A DNA stretch of 57,749 nucleotides from a virus (taxonomy: Duplodnaviria > Caudoviricetes): positions 1 through 57,749 of the IMG/VR virus record IMGVR_UViG_3300030037_000004; one strand, given 5' to 3'. The position numbers and the translations under genes are program-made. Positions 25,203 to 34,766 of this stretch are shown here, one piece after another. Position 1 is the first letter of the stretch. The number at the start of each line of letters is the position of its first letter. The notes under the pieces are model-generated. The model did no database searches. It was not told the origin of the DNA and saw nothing but the letters and a program-made list of their open reading frames with translations.

Positions 25203-28200
25203 TTAGCCTCCAGTGTTTAGAGTATCAACTGACTCTTCAAAGTCACCATTGTTATCAACCGAAGTAGTCACCATATCTTCAGCCACGTTCACGTCTACAT
25301 TAATGTTATTGTCTACCTTCACGTTTGCCTTAGCTATGTTATCCATAACTGGAGTGACATCGGGAGATGGGTTAATGCGATTACTAAAGAACTCGTGCGT
25401 CTCATTAGCAACACCAGCACCTAGACCTAGCATGGCACCGGTAGCTATACCACGAGCACCACCAGGGATACCAGAGGCAGCACCAAGCCCAGTGAACTCA
25501 GCAACATCAAGAATGCTATCAGCCCATCCACCGTCGTCCTCTACACCTATCAATCCACGTAAAGCAGTAGGCATAGCAGCAATAGCCAGTGGCCCAGCCT
25601 TAGGGAACTTAGACATGGTACTAGAAGCAGCCCTGCCTATCGCAGCTCGACCCTTGGCAGTAGCCATAGAAGCTCCACCACCTATACCGAACCCAGCCAG
25701 AACCTTGGCAGCGGTTGACATAGTAGTGGCACCTTCAGCAGCGATACCAGCCTCATACCCAACAGTACCAGGAATCTCTAGTGCGTCTCGTGCTTCTTGT
25801 CTTACATCAGTAACACCTTCGTATTGAGAGCGAGCGCCTGAGGCATCTATGTCTCTATCGAAAGCTTCCCCGATTGCAGTAGAGCTTGCAGAGGTTACGG
25901 CCAGTTCAGGCATTCCCCACATCTTAGCAATGTAGGAACGCTCTTCCCTTGTCTTGCCATCCATCTGAGCCAAAGCTGTTGACATGAGAGCCTGAGCATC
26001 TTGGCCCTGCATGGAGGCGTAACCAGGCATTTGTAATGAACGAACACCAGGAAGGTTACTAGCACCTTGCATCCCAAGCATGTCAGTGTATCGACCAGGA
26101 GCTGTCAGTTCATTGTTCATAGTATTCTGGAGTTGGCCAGCCGCACCCATTACTGATGTAGCTCCACCTTCTGTCATACCACCATTTACAAGTATGTCAC
26201 GCATACCACGGATAGCTCCAGCTTCCAAGCCAGTGTTAGCGCCTAAGCGCTCATCAGCCATAGCCGTATCTGTACCACTCGTGGCAAGACTTCCCAGTGT
26301 ACCTAGGTTCTTGATAGCCTTAGCTAGGCCATTGCCAAACTCTCGGATCTTACCAGCAGACTCGTCCAGCGCATTGTTGAACTCATCAGGATCAACTGCA
26401 ACTTCTGTAGTGGTCGGAGGAGGAGTACCGCCTGATCCTTCGCCTGCACTTCCGCTTGCAACTGGTGAGCGCAAGACAGTACCGGCACCAACAGCACGAG
26501 GGCGGTAGGGTTCGGCAGCAGCAACAGGCTGGTTAGTCATAGTTTGGTACATTACTTCTTGACCAGCCAGGGTTGACTCAGCCTGAGAGGTTACTTTCTT
26601 TGGTCGCATACTGTGAGCCATAGCTTCGGCCTCCTCAGGTGTCATGTTGTTAGCGCGTAGTTGAGTTTCGATGATGTTAGCACGTAGCTGTTCCTGCATA
26701 TGAGGGTCGGCTTGTACTAGGTCGTACCTTGCTTTGATACCAGTGTCACTAGATCGTACAAAGTAGTGTGTCTGTGTCTCGCCTGTAATAAGCATCTGCA
26801 TTTGCATCTGTTTATTGTGCTTGGCGAAACTGGTCTTTGCACTCTTGTCTGTTAAGTACTTGAGTTCTAGTAGACCGGCTGAACTGCCATCTGGGTTATA
26901 AAGCCTGCCATCAGGAGAAACACCAGCCAGACCGGCCAGTTCTCCCTTACCTTCTTCAAAGTAAGCTTCTTCATATGATAATCCTTTTCCATCTGACCCC
27001 AAGAAGGAGGCAAGTGTTTCCCCTTCCGAGTCAGTACCATCCTTAGAGTACGAGTTACCTTTGAAGCTGGAACCATGTAGGACTGTGTTGACAGCCTTGT
27101 CTAGTGACTTCCGTAGTAACTCTTCAGCTACCGAGGCCGTTACCTTACCCTTGCGTTGGGCGTGCCACTCTGGACTACCCTGCTTATGGTTAGTACGCAT
27201 ACGAGTTTCGTACTGGTACCGTTGTTGGTCTGTCCTGTTACCAGCCATGATGGCTTGACTGCTACCACCTAGTCTAACTAGTGCAGGGTTGTACAGTTCC
27301 TCATCAGGGTCACTAGGGTCAAGCAACTCACGTACAAAATCTTCACGTTCTGAGGATTCCTTCTCACCGTAGATACCACCAGATTTCGTATCCAGCATTA
27401 CATTGGGGCCAAAGGACACTTCACTACCCTGCTCAAACAAGCCCTGGTATGTGTCCTTGTCTAGGATCGCACCTTCGTTTCTGGCATCCTGTGCCTCGGT
27501 CTGTTCACCATAGGGAGTGTCAAAGGCAGCGTGCCTGATCTGTCTTGCACTGTCATCCCTGTTAGTAGGGAACTGCTTTCTGAACACTGCGCTGGCAAAC
27601 TCTGCCTTCTCGTAGGCATCGGCAAGCAAGTTATAACTATCAGTCTTAGGCACATCGCCAAACAAAGACTTGCGCAAATTAGGAATATCTTTACCTGTGA
27701 CACCTTCATCATCCCGTATCATTGTGTAGTCACGATAGGTGAGGTCAGTACTCATGCCACCGTTGTTCATAGTAGGAACTAGGCCAGTGATTCTGCGCGT
27801 CCCCATAGAGACATCATTAGGCAGAGGAAGTAAAGCGCGGTCAGGCCCACGATCGTCAGGTCTTCGGAAGTGGCCTTGCATGAGTCTTTCTGTAAGGGCT
27901 TCGTTAACATCATAAAATCGTTGTTCATATGCTTGCGTATTATCCTTCGTAGCTTGACGGATGTATAGATCAGTAAGCTCTGCAACATTGTCAAAGGCTT
28001 GCTCAAGATCGTTCTCCTCTTTACGTCGGCGTTCCTCATTACCTACGTGGATACCTTGGAGTTTAGTTCCAGGCCCTTCAGCAAGATAGGAGCCAGAGGT
28101 GTTGCCCAGCATACTCAAGGCCATACTCATATCAGACTTAGATACGGTAGGCTGTATTGTTCTTGGTACTTTCAAGTCTCTACCCATAGCACGCAAGTGT

Positions 28201-28616
28201 GTTACAGGTGTTGCCTCGACAGCATGTATTTCATTATAGTAGTCAGCAGCAGGCAGGCCAGTTACAGAGTTGAACTCTACCGCAGCTTTAGCGAACGTAT
28301 CCTCAGCAAGCCCGTACTTAGTAGGGTCAAGCGAGCCGTCCAGTATCTTTCTGTGAGCAACCTTTTGTGAGTCGCCCATTCCTTCTAAGCGCCCTAGCAG
28401 CATGGTCTTAGTTGTTGCCATACCCTCGCCAGGGTTCTTGCTTAAAGGATCTTCCTTAGTAAAGCCAGCGAAGAAAGCATCAGCAGCCTCATCACCATCT
28501 TCAGAAAGGGAGCTAGCATCCTCTACAGAGAAGCCAGCCTTGTCCCAATCCTCACCGCTATAATCCGCGCTACCAGATGTATAGCTGTTGTAATCATCTT
28601 GATCATCGTAATCCAT
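25203..28616 (-). CDS. Tape measure-position protein with embedded YqaJ/lambda exonuclease domain (1137 aa)
   Basis: Lies between tail chaperones and baseplate; A/G-rich C-terminal third; internal QGSPEWHAQRKGKVTAS, SPDG, LELK, QMQMQM motifs. Confidence 0.8.
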   Translation of the reverse strand: MDYDDQDDYNSYTSGSADYSGEDWDKAGFSVEDASSLSEDGDEAADAFFAGFTKEDPLSKNPGEGMATTKTMLLGRLEGMGDSQKVAHRKILDGSLDPTKYGLAEDTFAKAAVEFNSVTGLPAADYYNEIHAVEATPVTHLRAMGRDLKVPRTIQPTVSKSDMSMALSMLGNTSGSYLAEGPGTKLQGIHVGNEERRRKEENDLEQAFDNVAELTDLYIRQATKDNTQAYEQRFYDVNEALTERLMQGHFRRPDDRGPDRALLPLPNDVSMGTRRITGLVPTMNNGGMSTDLTYRDYTMIRDDEGVTGKDIPNLRKSLFGDVPKTDSYNLLADAYEKAEFASAVFRKQFPTNRDDSARQIRHAAFDTPYGEQTEAQDARNEGAILDKDTYQGLFEQGSEVSFGPNVMLDTKSGGIYGEKESSEREDFVRELLDPSDPDEELYNPALVRLGGSSQAIMAGNRTDQQRYQYETRMRTNHKQGSPEWHAQRKGKVTASVAEELLRKSLDKAVNTVLHGSSFKGNSYSKDGTDSEGETLASFLGSDGKGLSYEEAYFEEGKGELAGLAGVSPDGRLYNPDGSSAGLLELKYLTDKSAKTSFAKHNKQMQMQMLITGETQTHYFVRSSDTGIKARYDLVQADPHMQEQLRANIIETQLRANNMTPEEAEAMAHSMRPKKVTSQAESTLAGQEVMYQTMTNQPVAAAEPYRPRAVGAGTVLRSPVASGSAGEGSGGTPPPTTTEVAVDPDEFNNALDESAGKIREFGNGLAKAIKNLGTLGSLATSGTDTAMADERLGANTGLEAGAIRGMRDILVNGGMTEGGATSVMGAAGQLQNTMNNELTAPGRYTDMLGMQGASNLPGVRSLQMPGYASMQGQDAQALMSTALAQMDGKTREERSYIAKMWGMPELAVTSASSTAIGEAFDRDIDASGARSQYEGVTDVRQEARDALEIPGTVGYEAGIAAEGATTMSTAAKVLAGFGIGGGASMATAKGRAAIGRAASSTMSKFPKAGPLAIAAMPTALRGLIGVEDDGGWADSILDVAEFTGLGAASGIPGGARGIATGAMLGLGAGVANETHEFFSNRINPSPDVTPVMDNIAKANVKVDNNINVDVNVAEDMVTTSVDNNGDFEESVDTLNTGG

Positions 28617-28623
28617 AACTTCC

Positions 28624-28911
28624 TCAGCCTTGTATGCCTCCGATTCCGGCCAGCGGAGGAGGTGGTTCTATGGTAGTACTGTGTTGCTTAATGTCTAATA
28701 TTTGGTGCATCATCTCTAATTGGTAGAGAGTATACGTACCATCCATCAGGTGCCTAAGCTCGCACATTGGAGGACTCACTAGCAGTGGCCTAACCATGTA
28801 GCCGTTCAGTTCAGGGAATACCTTATCATACTCGACAGGTACTATGGCTTGCTCGGCGGATTGGTTGAGGCTTGTGGGTAGAGATCCCCTGCTAAGCCTG
28901 ATGCGAAAAAA
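28624..28911 (-). CDS. Tail assembly chaperone frameshift extension (-1 frame from T TTT TTC)
   Basis: -1 frame open about 95 codons, reading RPLLVSPPMCELRHLMDGTYTLYQLEMMHQILDI, and ending just before the tape measure RBS. Confidence 0.8.
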   Translation of the reverse strand, partial: FFRIRLSRGSLPTSLNQSAEQAIVPVEYDKVFPELNGYMVRPLLVSPPMCELRHLMDGTYTLYQLEMMHQILDIKQHSTTIEPPPPLAGIGGIQG

Positions 28912-29279
28912 TCATCGTACTGGCTATGTATAACATGCATGAAGATTTCAATAGCTGTAATGGGTCTAGCTTCGAACAGGTGATTAAGGTCAGCTACATC
29001 CAAGGACTTGCCATCCAAGGTTACAGACTTAATCATGTGGAGGATAAGGTCAGCCCCTTCCTCACCAGCACCAGACTTTGTTGCACAGCGCATTGCTGCC
29101 TGCAAGTCTAGCTTGGCTACTGCTACTAACTCATCAGCTCCCCACAGTCGGGTTGCGTGACTAATGTTAGTCAGTAATGTATTGATAGGCCAGTTCTTAA
29201 TATAGATGGGCTTGCCTACAAACCCTTTAGTCTGAAGCTTGGCACGATAGCCTTCTACTCCAAAATCAAAATCACTCAT
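28842..29279 (-). CDS. Tail assembly chaperone
   Basis: Between tube and tape measure; AGGAG RBS at MSDFDF; DDFF slippery site. Confidence 0.8.
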   Translation of the reverse strand: MSDFDFGVEGYRAKLQTKGFVGKPIYIKNWPINTLLTNISHATRLWGADELVAVAKLDLQAAMRCATKSGAGEEGADLILHMIKSVTLDGKSLDVADLNHLFEARPITAIEIFMHVIHSQYDDFFASGLAGDLYPQASTNPPSKP

Positions 29280-29296
29280 TGTGTTTCTCCTAAGTT

Positions 29297-29318
29297 GGGG
29301 CCAGCACATGCCAGCCCC
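29297..29318 (-). promoter_or_regulatory. Hairpin after the tail tube gene
   Basis: GGGGCUGGC-AUGU-GCUGGCCCC. Confidence 0.55.
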
Positions 29319-29325
29319 TATTTAC

Positions 29326-29820
29326 TTACTGCCCGATACTATCGCCATCAACACCTTCACCACGACGGAATAATCCACGCTCGAAGGTTAGTACCCAAGG
29401 AACCGTACTCATGGTTTGACCACGAGACATCCCAGGAATAGCTAGGGTAATGCCGTTAACTAGAGTAACACTATCGTTACCCATGTTATCAGTGAGCTTC
29501 GCCTGAATAGGATAGATAGCTGCACCATCTGCATCAGCCTGAGCCTGCACATAGTTTACATAATCCTGAAGCAAGACGTTCTCAGGTGCGTTCATTAGTA
29601 ATGGGAATACTAAGTCAGTACCTTTAATGCGCTGAAGGTTAACAATCATGTCACCATAAGCTCCCCACTGCACATTGGCAATAGGTGCTCGACGCGTAAC
29701 GTTGATAAGGTTTTCCCCAGTAGGATAGCCTTCGACTTTGATTCGGCGGTAGTTACCAACTGAATCGGGGATAGCCAACACTAGGTCAGTGTTAGCAAAG
29801 CTGTATTGATACATAGCCAT
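29326..29820 (-). CDS. Tail tube protein
   Basis: Follows sheath; YSF start, GA.GD motif, P...RG....W. Confidence 0.8.
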   Translation of the reverse strand: MAMYQYSFANTDLVLAIPDSVGNYRRIKVEGYPTGENLINVTRRAPIANVQWGAYGDMIVNLQRIKGTDLVFPLLMNAPENVLLQDYVNYVQAQADADGAAIYPIQAKLTDNMGNDSVTLVNGITLAIPGMSRGQTMSTVPWVLTFERGLFRRGEGVDGDSIGQ

Positions 29821-29828
29821 GGTTCAAT

Positions 29829-31286
29829 TTACTCCGCGAATGTGCCAGAAACTTCAACCTGATGTAACGCGCCAGCGCCAACCATGTCAAATGAAAGACC
29901 CTTGTAGATACGTCCAGACTTATCAGCAGACGCTACGTCACCCAATAGTACAGCCTTGATACGGTATCCTTCAGGAAGGTAAGTTCCATCAGCAAGATAG
30001 CCAGGAGCAGACAAGCCATTACGGACAGCCGCTTGCAAGGAACGCTCTAACACTTCTTCAGTCATGTTAAGACCGGTCTGTGTATAAGGAACCTTGTCAG
30101 GATCTTGATAGATGAAGTTGAACATATCCACTTCGATACGGTTCTCTAACCACAATAGTCCGTGGGTAGTATCTAGCCAGGAGCCAGAAGCCATACGAGA
30201 GTTTACATAGGCGTTAACCTCAGAACCAATTTTCACAACCGCTGATCCGTACTTACCAGTTAAGGCAGCGTACTCAGCAGGGTTCAAGTCTTCAGCAGTG
30301 ATGCCAGGAAGTTGCTTGAGGTTCATGGTCATGGTCGTGCCAATACCAGAGAAGTTCACGCTAGCTACTCGACCGAACACGCCAGAACCAGGATAGAGTT
30401 CAGTGTTCTTACTAAAGCTAGATAGAGTGTGTCGCAGGGTAGCGGCTTTCATCTGGCTGATAGTGTCGGTAGTGATAAGGCTAGTCAATGATACCAATGA
30501 GTTAGAGGTATGCATGTGGATCTTCTTAGCAGCCTCACACCAGTTAGCTATATCAATAGTATCTTCGTTATCAGCATTACCAGTTTGGTCGCGCCAATCT
30601 TTATGATAGTCCAATCCAACGAACTTGATGCCCTGTGTAAGGGTTGCAGCAAGGGAGTCAATGGGAGTTTCAACAGCAACACCTTGGCTGATCTTACCTT
30701 GATGCTGGGCAAAGCCTAACAAGGAAGCAAGAGTTCCAGTACAGAAGGTAGTGTTACCAGTTCCACCAGTGTTGTTACCGCGAAGGATAAAGCCATAGGC
30801 CCCATACTCACAAGTAGCACCGCCAACAACAGCATCTACAGCCGCCTGGATAATAACAGCAACAGCCGCGAAATCAGCCGCGCCAGATAGATCTTGGTTA
30901 GTCAAGCTTACAGCAACGTTATCAACAGTTAAGGTAAGAGTACCAGTTGTGATAGCTTGAAGCTGTGCAATGGTTCCATGAGATCCACCAACAAGGGCAG
31001 CACTCTGGGCAACATCGTAGTTCATTAGAACAGTAAAGTCAGTTGGAGTAGGTGTCTGTGCATAGAAAGCTGTAGCAGCCTTGTATACTTCAGAGGCAGT
31101 ATTCCAATCAATACCTACAAAGGATAAACCTTTGTAAGCTCGCCCACGTTCAGCAGGCAGGATAGACGTGATAGAGTCGTCTGAGACTTTGGTTAGAAAG
31201 CCTAAGATACCGAAGTTCCCGCTAGACACACCAGTAGGTGATACCGCTATAGAAACATTCGCAAACTCGGTTGTTTCGATTGTCAT
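29829..31286 (-). CDS. Tail sheath protein (DUF3383-like)
   Basis: YKAATAFYAQTPTP, LKQLPGITA, G.WLD..G..WL, KVPYT..G, AGALH.V. Confidence 0.92.
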   Translation of the reverse strand: MTIETTEFANVSIAVSPTGVSSGNFGILGFLTKVSDDSITSILPAERGRAYKGLSFVGIDWNTASEVYKAATAFYAQTPTPTDFTVLMNYDVAQSAALVGGSHGTIAQLQAITTGTLTLTVDNVAVSLTNQDLSGAADFAAVAVIIQAAVDAVVGGATCEYGAYGFILRGNNTGGTGNTTFCTGTLASLLGFAQHQGKISQGVAVETPIDSLAATLTQGIKFVGLDYHKDWRDQTGNADNEDTIDIANWCEAAKKIHMHTSNSLVSLTSLITTDTISQMKAATLRHTLSSFSKNTELYPGSGVFGRVASVNFSGIGTTMTMNLKQLPGITAEDLNPAEYAALTGKYGSAVVKIGSEVNAYVNSRMASGSWLDTTHGLLWLENRIEVDMFNFIYQDPDKVPYTQTGLNMTEEVLERSLQAAVRNGLSAPGYLADGTYLPEGYRIKAVLLGDVASADKSGRIYKGLSFDMVGAGALHQVEVSGTFAE

Positions 31287-31298
31287 AGTGATTCCCTG

Positions 31299-31823
31299 TT
31301 AAGGATTTATATTTAGTTGTAAGGCTATCTTGTTACCATCAGGTTCATGGAAGTTCCCGTTGATTACCATGCCAGTAATGTTATTAACTACCTCACTATC
31401 CTTACGGACGGTGTACATATCAATAGACACACCTTGCCTTGCTTCCCAGAACTCTTCTAGTTTAGCATCCTCAAGAGCAATAGGATGGATAGATACAAAG
31501 CCGAAGCCTGTTTCCATCATGAGCTGTTTAACGCTTTCTCTATGCCAACCGCCTAGTATCTGAGTAGAAGCTATCCCATCAGTTTCAACAATGCCCACCC
31601 TAAACCGAAGTACGGTAGGTGTCACTGTTGTGTAGGTAGTCTCGTCAGTAGTCTGTTTAGTAATAACCTTGTTAGGCATACCAACAGGCTTCTCAGTAAG
31701 TAGGGAAATACTACAGAACTCACCCTCAGGTCTATCACCACCCGTCCTGGCTGGATGAGAGAACAAGGGAGTGCCGGTCAGCAGATCCATAAAGCGCTGC
31801 ATAGTTTGTATGTCACTTCGCAT
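31299..31823 (-). CDS. Neck / tail terminator protein
   Basis: Immediately before the sheath; typical size. Confidence 0.65.
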   Translation of the reverse strand: MRSDIQTMQRFMDLLTGTPLFSHPARTGGDRPEGEFCSISLLTEKPVGMPNKVITKQTTDETTYTTVTPTVLRFRVGIVETDGIASTQILGGWHRESVKQLMMETGFGFVSIHPIALEDAKLEEFWEARQGVSIDMYTVRKDSEVVNNITGMVINGNFHEPDGNKIALQLNINP

Positions 31824-32196
31824 TAGGCACCCATCCTTTAGCCTTCTCAATCATGAACCCGTCAAAGCCAAAGACTTCTTCATCCGAGTTCTGGAGTATG
31901 TGGTAGTACTCACCTTTGTGACCAAACTTGTCACCGATCTTAACCCCGTAGTGTGCCTTCACATATATCTGTCTATAGTCAGAGGTACGGATACCACCTT
32001 CCATGTTCTTGATAGATACACCTTCGTCAAACTGCGAGAACTTGTTACCACTGGACAGCACAACACGCACGTACTTGGAAGTGGTTCTACCCTCTATCCA
32101 GTCGTTAACTTCGTTGCGCCTTCCTTGGGCAATCGAGTACAAGGTAATACGTGTCATGAACTTGGCGTTAAAAGCCCGTCCCATATTCATCGCCAT
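31813..32196 (-). CDS. Head-tail joining / closure protein
   Basis: Synteny; EGG.R...YR.IY, GD.F...GE.Y.I. Confidence 0.65.
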   Translation of the reverse strand: MAMNMGRAFNAKFMTRITLYSIAQGRRNEVNDWIEGRTTSKYVRVVLSSGNKFSQFDEGVSIKNMEGGIRTSDYRQIYVKAHYGVKIGDKFGHKGEYYHILQNSDEEVFGFDGFMIEKAKGWVPNAK

Positions 32197-32198
32197 AC

Positions 32199-32558
32199 TT
32201 ATACTCCCACTGGCCCGCTAAAGTAACGCATCCTTATTAAGGCATACTGTTTACCATAAGCAGATGACCAGAAGTCTTCAGCGTCAGGGGCGATACTATC
32301 AACAGCAGCTTCGAACATTACGCCGTCAACTTCCTGTTTCTTGGTAGGAGCTATTGAACCTCCATCACCATCAAGGGTAGCAGTGGCGACGTACAGCAAG
32401 TGGGCAGCATGGTACTGGTGTGCTCTATCATAAGACAGGCTCCAGCGTCCAGGATCACCCATGCTCAGGGCAGCGTCATCTAAGAACATCTGTACCCTGG
32501 CATCATCCTCTGAGCAGAACTCAGGGAAGCGTGTTTGAAATTGTGATACAGTCGCCAT
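32199..32558 (-). CDS. Head-tail adaptor (DUF4054-like)
   Basis: F..RFPEF, AHLL, W.SS.YG.QY. Confidence 0.85.
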   Translation of the reverse strand: MATVSQFQTRFPEFCSEDDARVQMFLDDAALSMGDPGRWSLSYDRAHQYHAAHLLYVATATLDGDGGSIAPTKKQEVDGVMFEAAVDSIAPDAEDFWSSAYGKQYALIRMRYFSGPVGV

Positions 32559-32567
32559 AGCAACTCC

Positions 32568-32828
32568 TTACTTTGAATCGGCCTTAGCAATTAAGGCACG
32601 TGCTTCTTCTAACTTGACTCGTGCAAGCTCTGCCTTGTCTTCTTCAGACAATACAGGATCTACTGTGATCTCAACGTTGCCAGAGGCTAGCAAGTCTTCT
32701 GCATGAGGAGCATAGTCGTTCCATTCTTTATCGGATAGGGTCAGCTTGCCTTCGCCAGGAATAAGTAGTGTTGGCTTTCCAACTACGATAAGGCACTGGT
32801 TACATAATGTGTTGTTTGATAATTCCAT
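32568..32828 (-). CDS. Hypothetical protein, probably virion-associated (86 aa)
   Basis: In the head module. Confidence 0.7.
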   Translation of the reverse strand: MELSNNTLCNQCLIVVGKPTLLIPGEGKLTLSDKEWNDYAPHAEDLLASGNVEITVDPVLSEEDKAELARVKLEEARALIAKADSK

Positions 32829-32837
32829 GATGGTTCT

Positions 32838-33080
32838 CTATTTGGTTGGTATGAAGTGGAGCTTTAGATCAATTAAGTTCTGATCCATACGAATAAACAT
32901 CTCTTGGTTAAGATCTGCTTTTGCTTGGTAAGTCTCGCTGATTCTCTGCTCTTTGTCGATCACGGCCAAGGCTGTAGTGGTCGTACCAGCAATCCCACCC
33001 AAGGTGAATACACCAAGGCATAGGATCACTGTTACTGCATTACCAGGCTTGGCAATGATAAGCTTTATCAACTCAATCAT
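32838..33080 (-). CDS. Small membrane protein (80 aa)
   Basis: One TM segment plus short coiled coil; AAGGA RBS. Confidence 0.7.
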   Translation of the reverse strand: MIELIKLIIAKPGNAVTVILCLGVFTLGGIAGTTTTALAVIDKEQRISETYQAKADLNQEMFIRMDQNLIDLKLHFIPTK

Positions 33081-33096
33081 TGCCTTTCCTTAGATA

Positions 33097-34173
33097 TTAG
33101 ATACCGTAGAAGTGCTGGAATGCGGCTGGGCGGATACACTCTAGAGAAGCGAATCGACCGTAGCAGTTGGTTACAAACTCTAATCCCTCGTACTGGATAG
33201 GTAAGTGAACCATAGGGTAGGTTTCACGTACACGTGCATTATCCGCACCAGAGCAGATAGTTGTGAAGCCATTGCCAGCAGTACCAGCTTCAACGAATAC
33301 GCCACCGTCAGTCGCATAGATGCCATCTACTTCGTTAACGTCAATGAAGTCGTCAGCAGATTTGATGAACTGGTTGTTGGCTAAGAACCAAGACATAATG
33401 CTCATGTCTGACTGATCAGAACGAGGAGTGTTCATCAAATACAACTTCTTCTCAACAGAGATAAGGATCTTGTCAGGACGGAAGATCTTCAATGTCTGAG
33501 TGTAGTGCTGTGAGCAAGCGCCAGTTAGATCAGCGATTACTTCTGTAGGAGTCTTGTCAACACCCCAGACACGTGAGTTACCACCACCAGCAGCAGCAGC
33601 CGCTTGAGTCTTAGTGATAGTCAAAGCAGGTGCTCCAACTGGGCCAGAGAAGAAACCGTGTAGTGCATTTGGAATATCGCCAAACCAGATCAAGGCGTTA
33701 ACCTTCTCTTCGTATGACTTAGCAGCAGCGGCAGCTTTCTGTGCATCAAGAGGCATACCTACTAACTTAGCAGCAGCGATCTCCTGACGTGAGTAGCCGT
33801 AGCTAGTTCCAAGAGTCTTAACACCGATAGAGTATTCTCGACCAGAGATGTCAGCACGAGGTAAATCAGTTGCCTTACCAGCGATAACAGAAGTTTCGCC
33901 ACGCTTATCATAGCTACGGTAAGTCAGCGAGTTAACACCTTCTCCGCCTTCAGTGTTAGTAGTAAACACTTTACGAGCCATAAGCTCAGGGTACAATACA
34001 TCATAAGACTTAGCTTGGATGTGTTCTAACTGACGCTGGAAGAAGATACCTTCGTCATCGTTCATGAGGTGGCCAGCATCGACCAAGAAACACATGTTGT
34101 CATTCAATGTGAAATCACCGACTTCTGTATCGTTACCGGCTTCGTCATGTAGCATTGTTTGGATAATACGCAT
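33097..34173 (-). CDS. Major capsid protein (DUF2184-like, HK97 fold)
   Basis: FFQRQLEHI, YPEL.AR, DLPRADI, Y.YS.QEI.AA; start set at MRIIQ after AAGGA. Confidence 0.92.
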   Translation of the reverse strand: MRIIQTMLHDEAGNDTEVGDFTLNDNMCFLVDAGHLMNDDEGIFFQRQLEHIQAKSYDVLYPELMARKVFTTNTEGGEGVNSLTYRSYDKRGETSVIAGKATDLPRADISGREYSIGVKTLGTSYGYSRQEIAAAKLVGMPLDAQKAAAAAKSYEEKVNALIWFGDIPNALHGFFSGPVGAPALTITKTQAAAAAGGGNSRVWGVDKTPTEVIADLTGACSQHYTQTLKIFRPDKILISVEKKLYLMNTPRSDQSDMSIMSWFLANNQFIKSADDFIDVNEVDGIYATDGGVFVEAGTAGNGFTTICSGADNARVRETYPMVHLPIQYEGLEFVTNCYGRFASLECIRPAAFQHFYGI

Positions 34174-34200
34174 TCTAATATTTCCTTTAAGGGTTTTGTT

Positions 34201-34219
34201 AGCCCACCCTAGGCAGGCC
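34201..34219 (-). promoter_or_regulatory. Hairpin upstream of the capsid RBS
   Basis: GGCCUGCC-UAG-GGUGGGCU; arms shared with 9618-9638. Confidence 0.55.
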
Positions 34220-34238
34220 ATGTACTAGTTAACTACTA

Positions 34239-34745
34239 TTACGCAGTCTGAGTATAGCTAATGTCGATACGTGCTTTAAAGATCTCGTCAGTAACAGCAG
34301 GCTGCACCGCGTGAACGTTCAAGCAAGTAGATGTACCAGCCGCAGCCACGTTAGTGAACAAGCCAGTAGCTTCTACAACACGCAAAGCAGCATCACGAAT
34401 GATCGCAGTTGCACCAGTAAGCTTCAAGTAAATGAAACCTTGACGCAAGATAGATACAGACTCGTTAACTCGATACAGGAAGTCAGTACCAGTAGAAGGG
34501 CGAGTGCCAGCTTCATGGTTGTACTCACGCAAAGAGATGCCGTATACGTTAGTGAGAGATGATGCGCCAATCTCAGGAGAACCAACAGCGATACCCTGGT
34601 CAACACCAGAAGGCTGTACAGCAATACCGAAACCTAAAGTTCCAGCTAGTAATACACCAGTCTGCTTAACAGTTGCAGATGAAGCATCACAAAGATCTCC
34701 AGCGTAACCACGAGCTGTGTACAAGTTAAAGTTTTGGATAGTCAT
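34239..34745 (-). CDS. Head decoration/cement protein
   Basis: Between scaffold and MCP; GYAG, FG.AV, ILRQG.IY patterns. Confidence 0.75.
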   Translation of the reverse strand: MTIQNFNLYTARGYAGDLCDASSATVKQTGVLLAGTLGFGIAVQPSGVDQGIAVGSPEIGASSLTNVYGISLREYNHEAGTRPSTGTDFLYRVNESVSILRQGFIYLKLTGATAIIRDAALRVVEATGLFTNVAAAGTSTCLNVHAVQPAVTDEIFKARIDISYTQTA

Positions 34746-34766
34746 TTCTATTTCCTTAAAGGGTGA

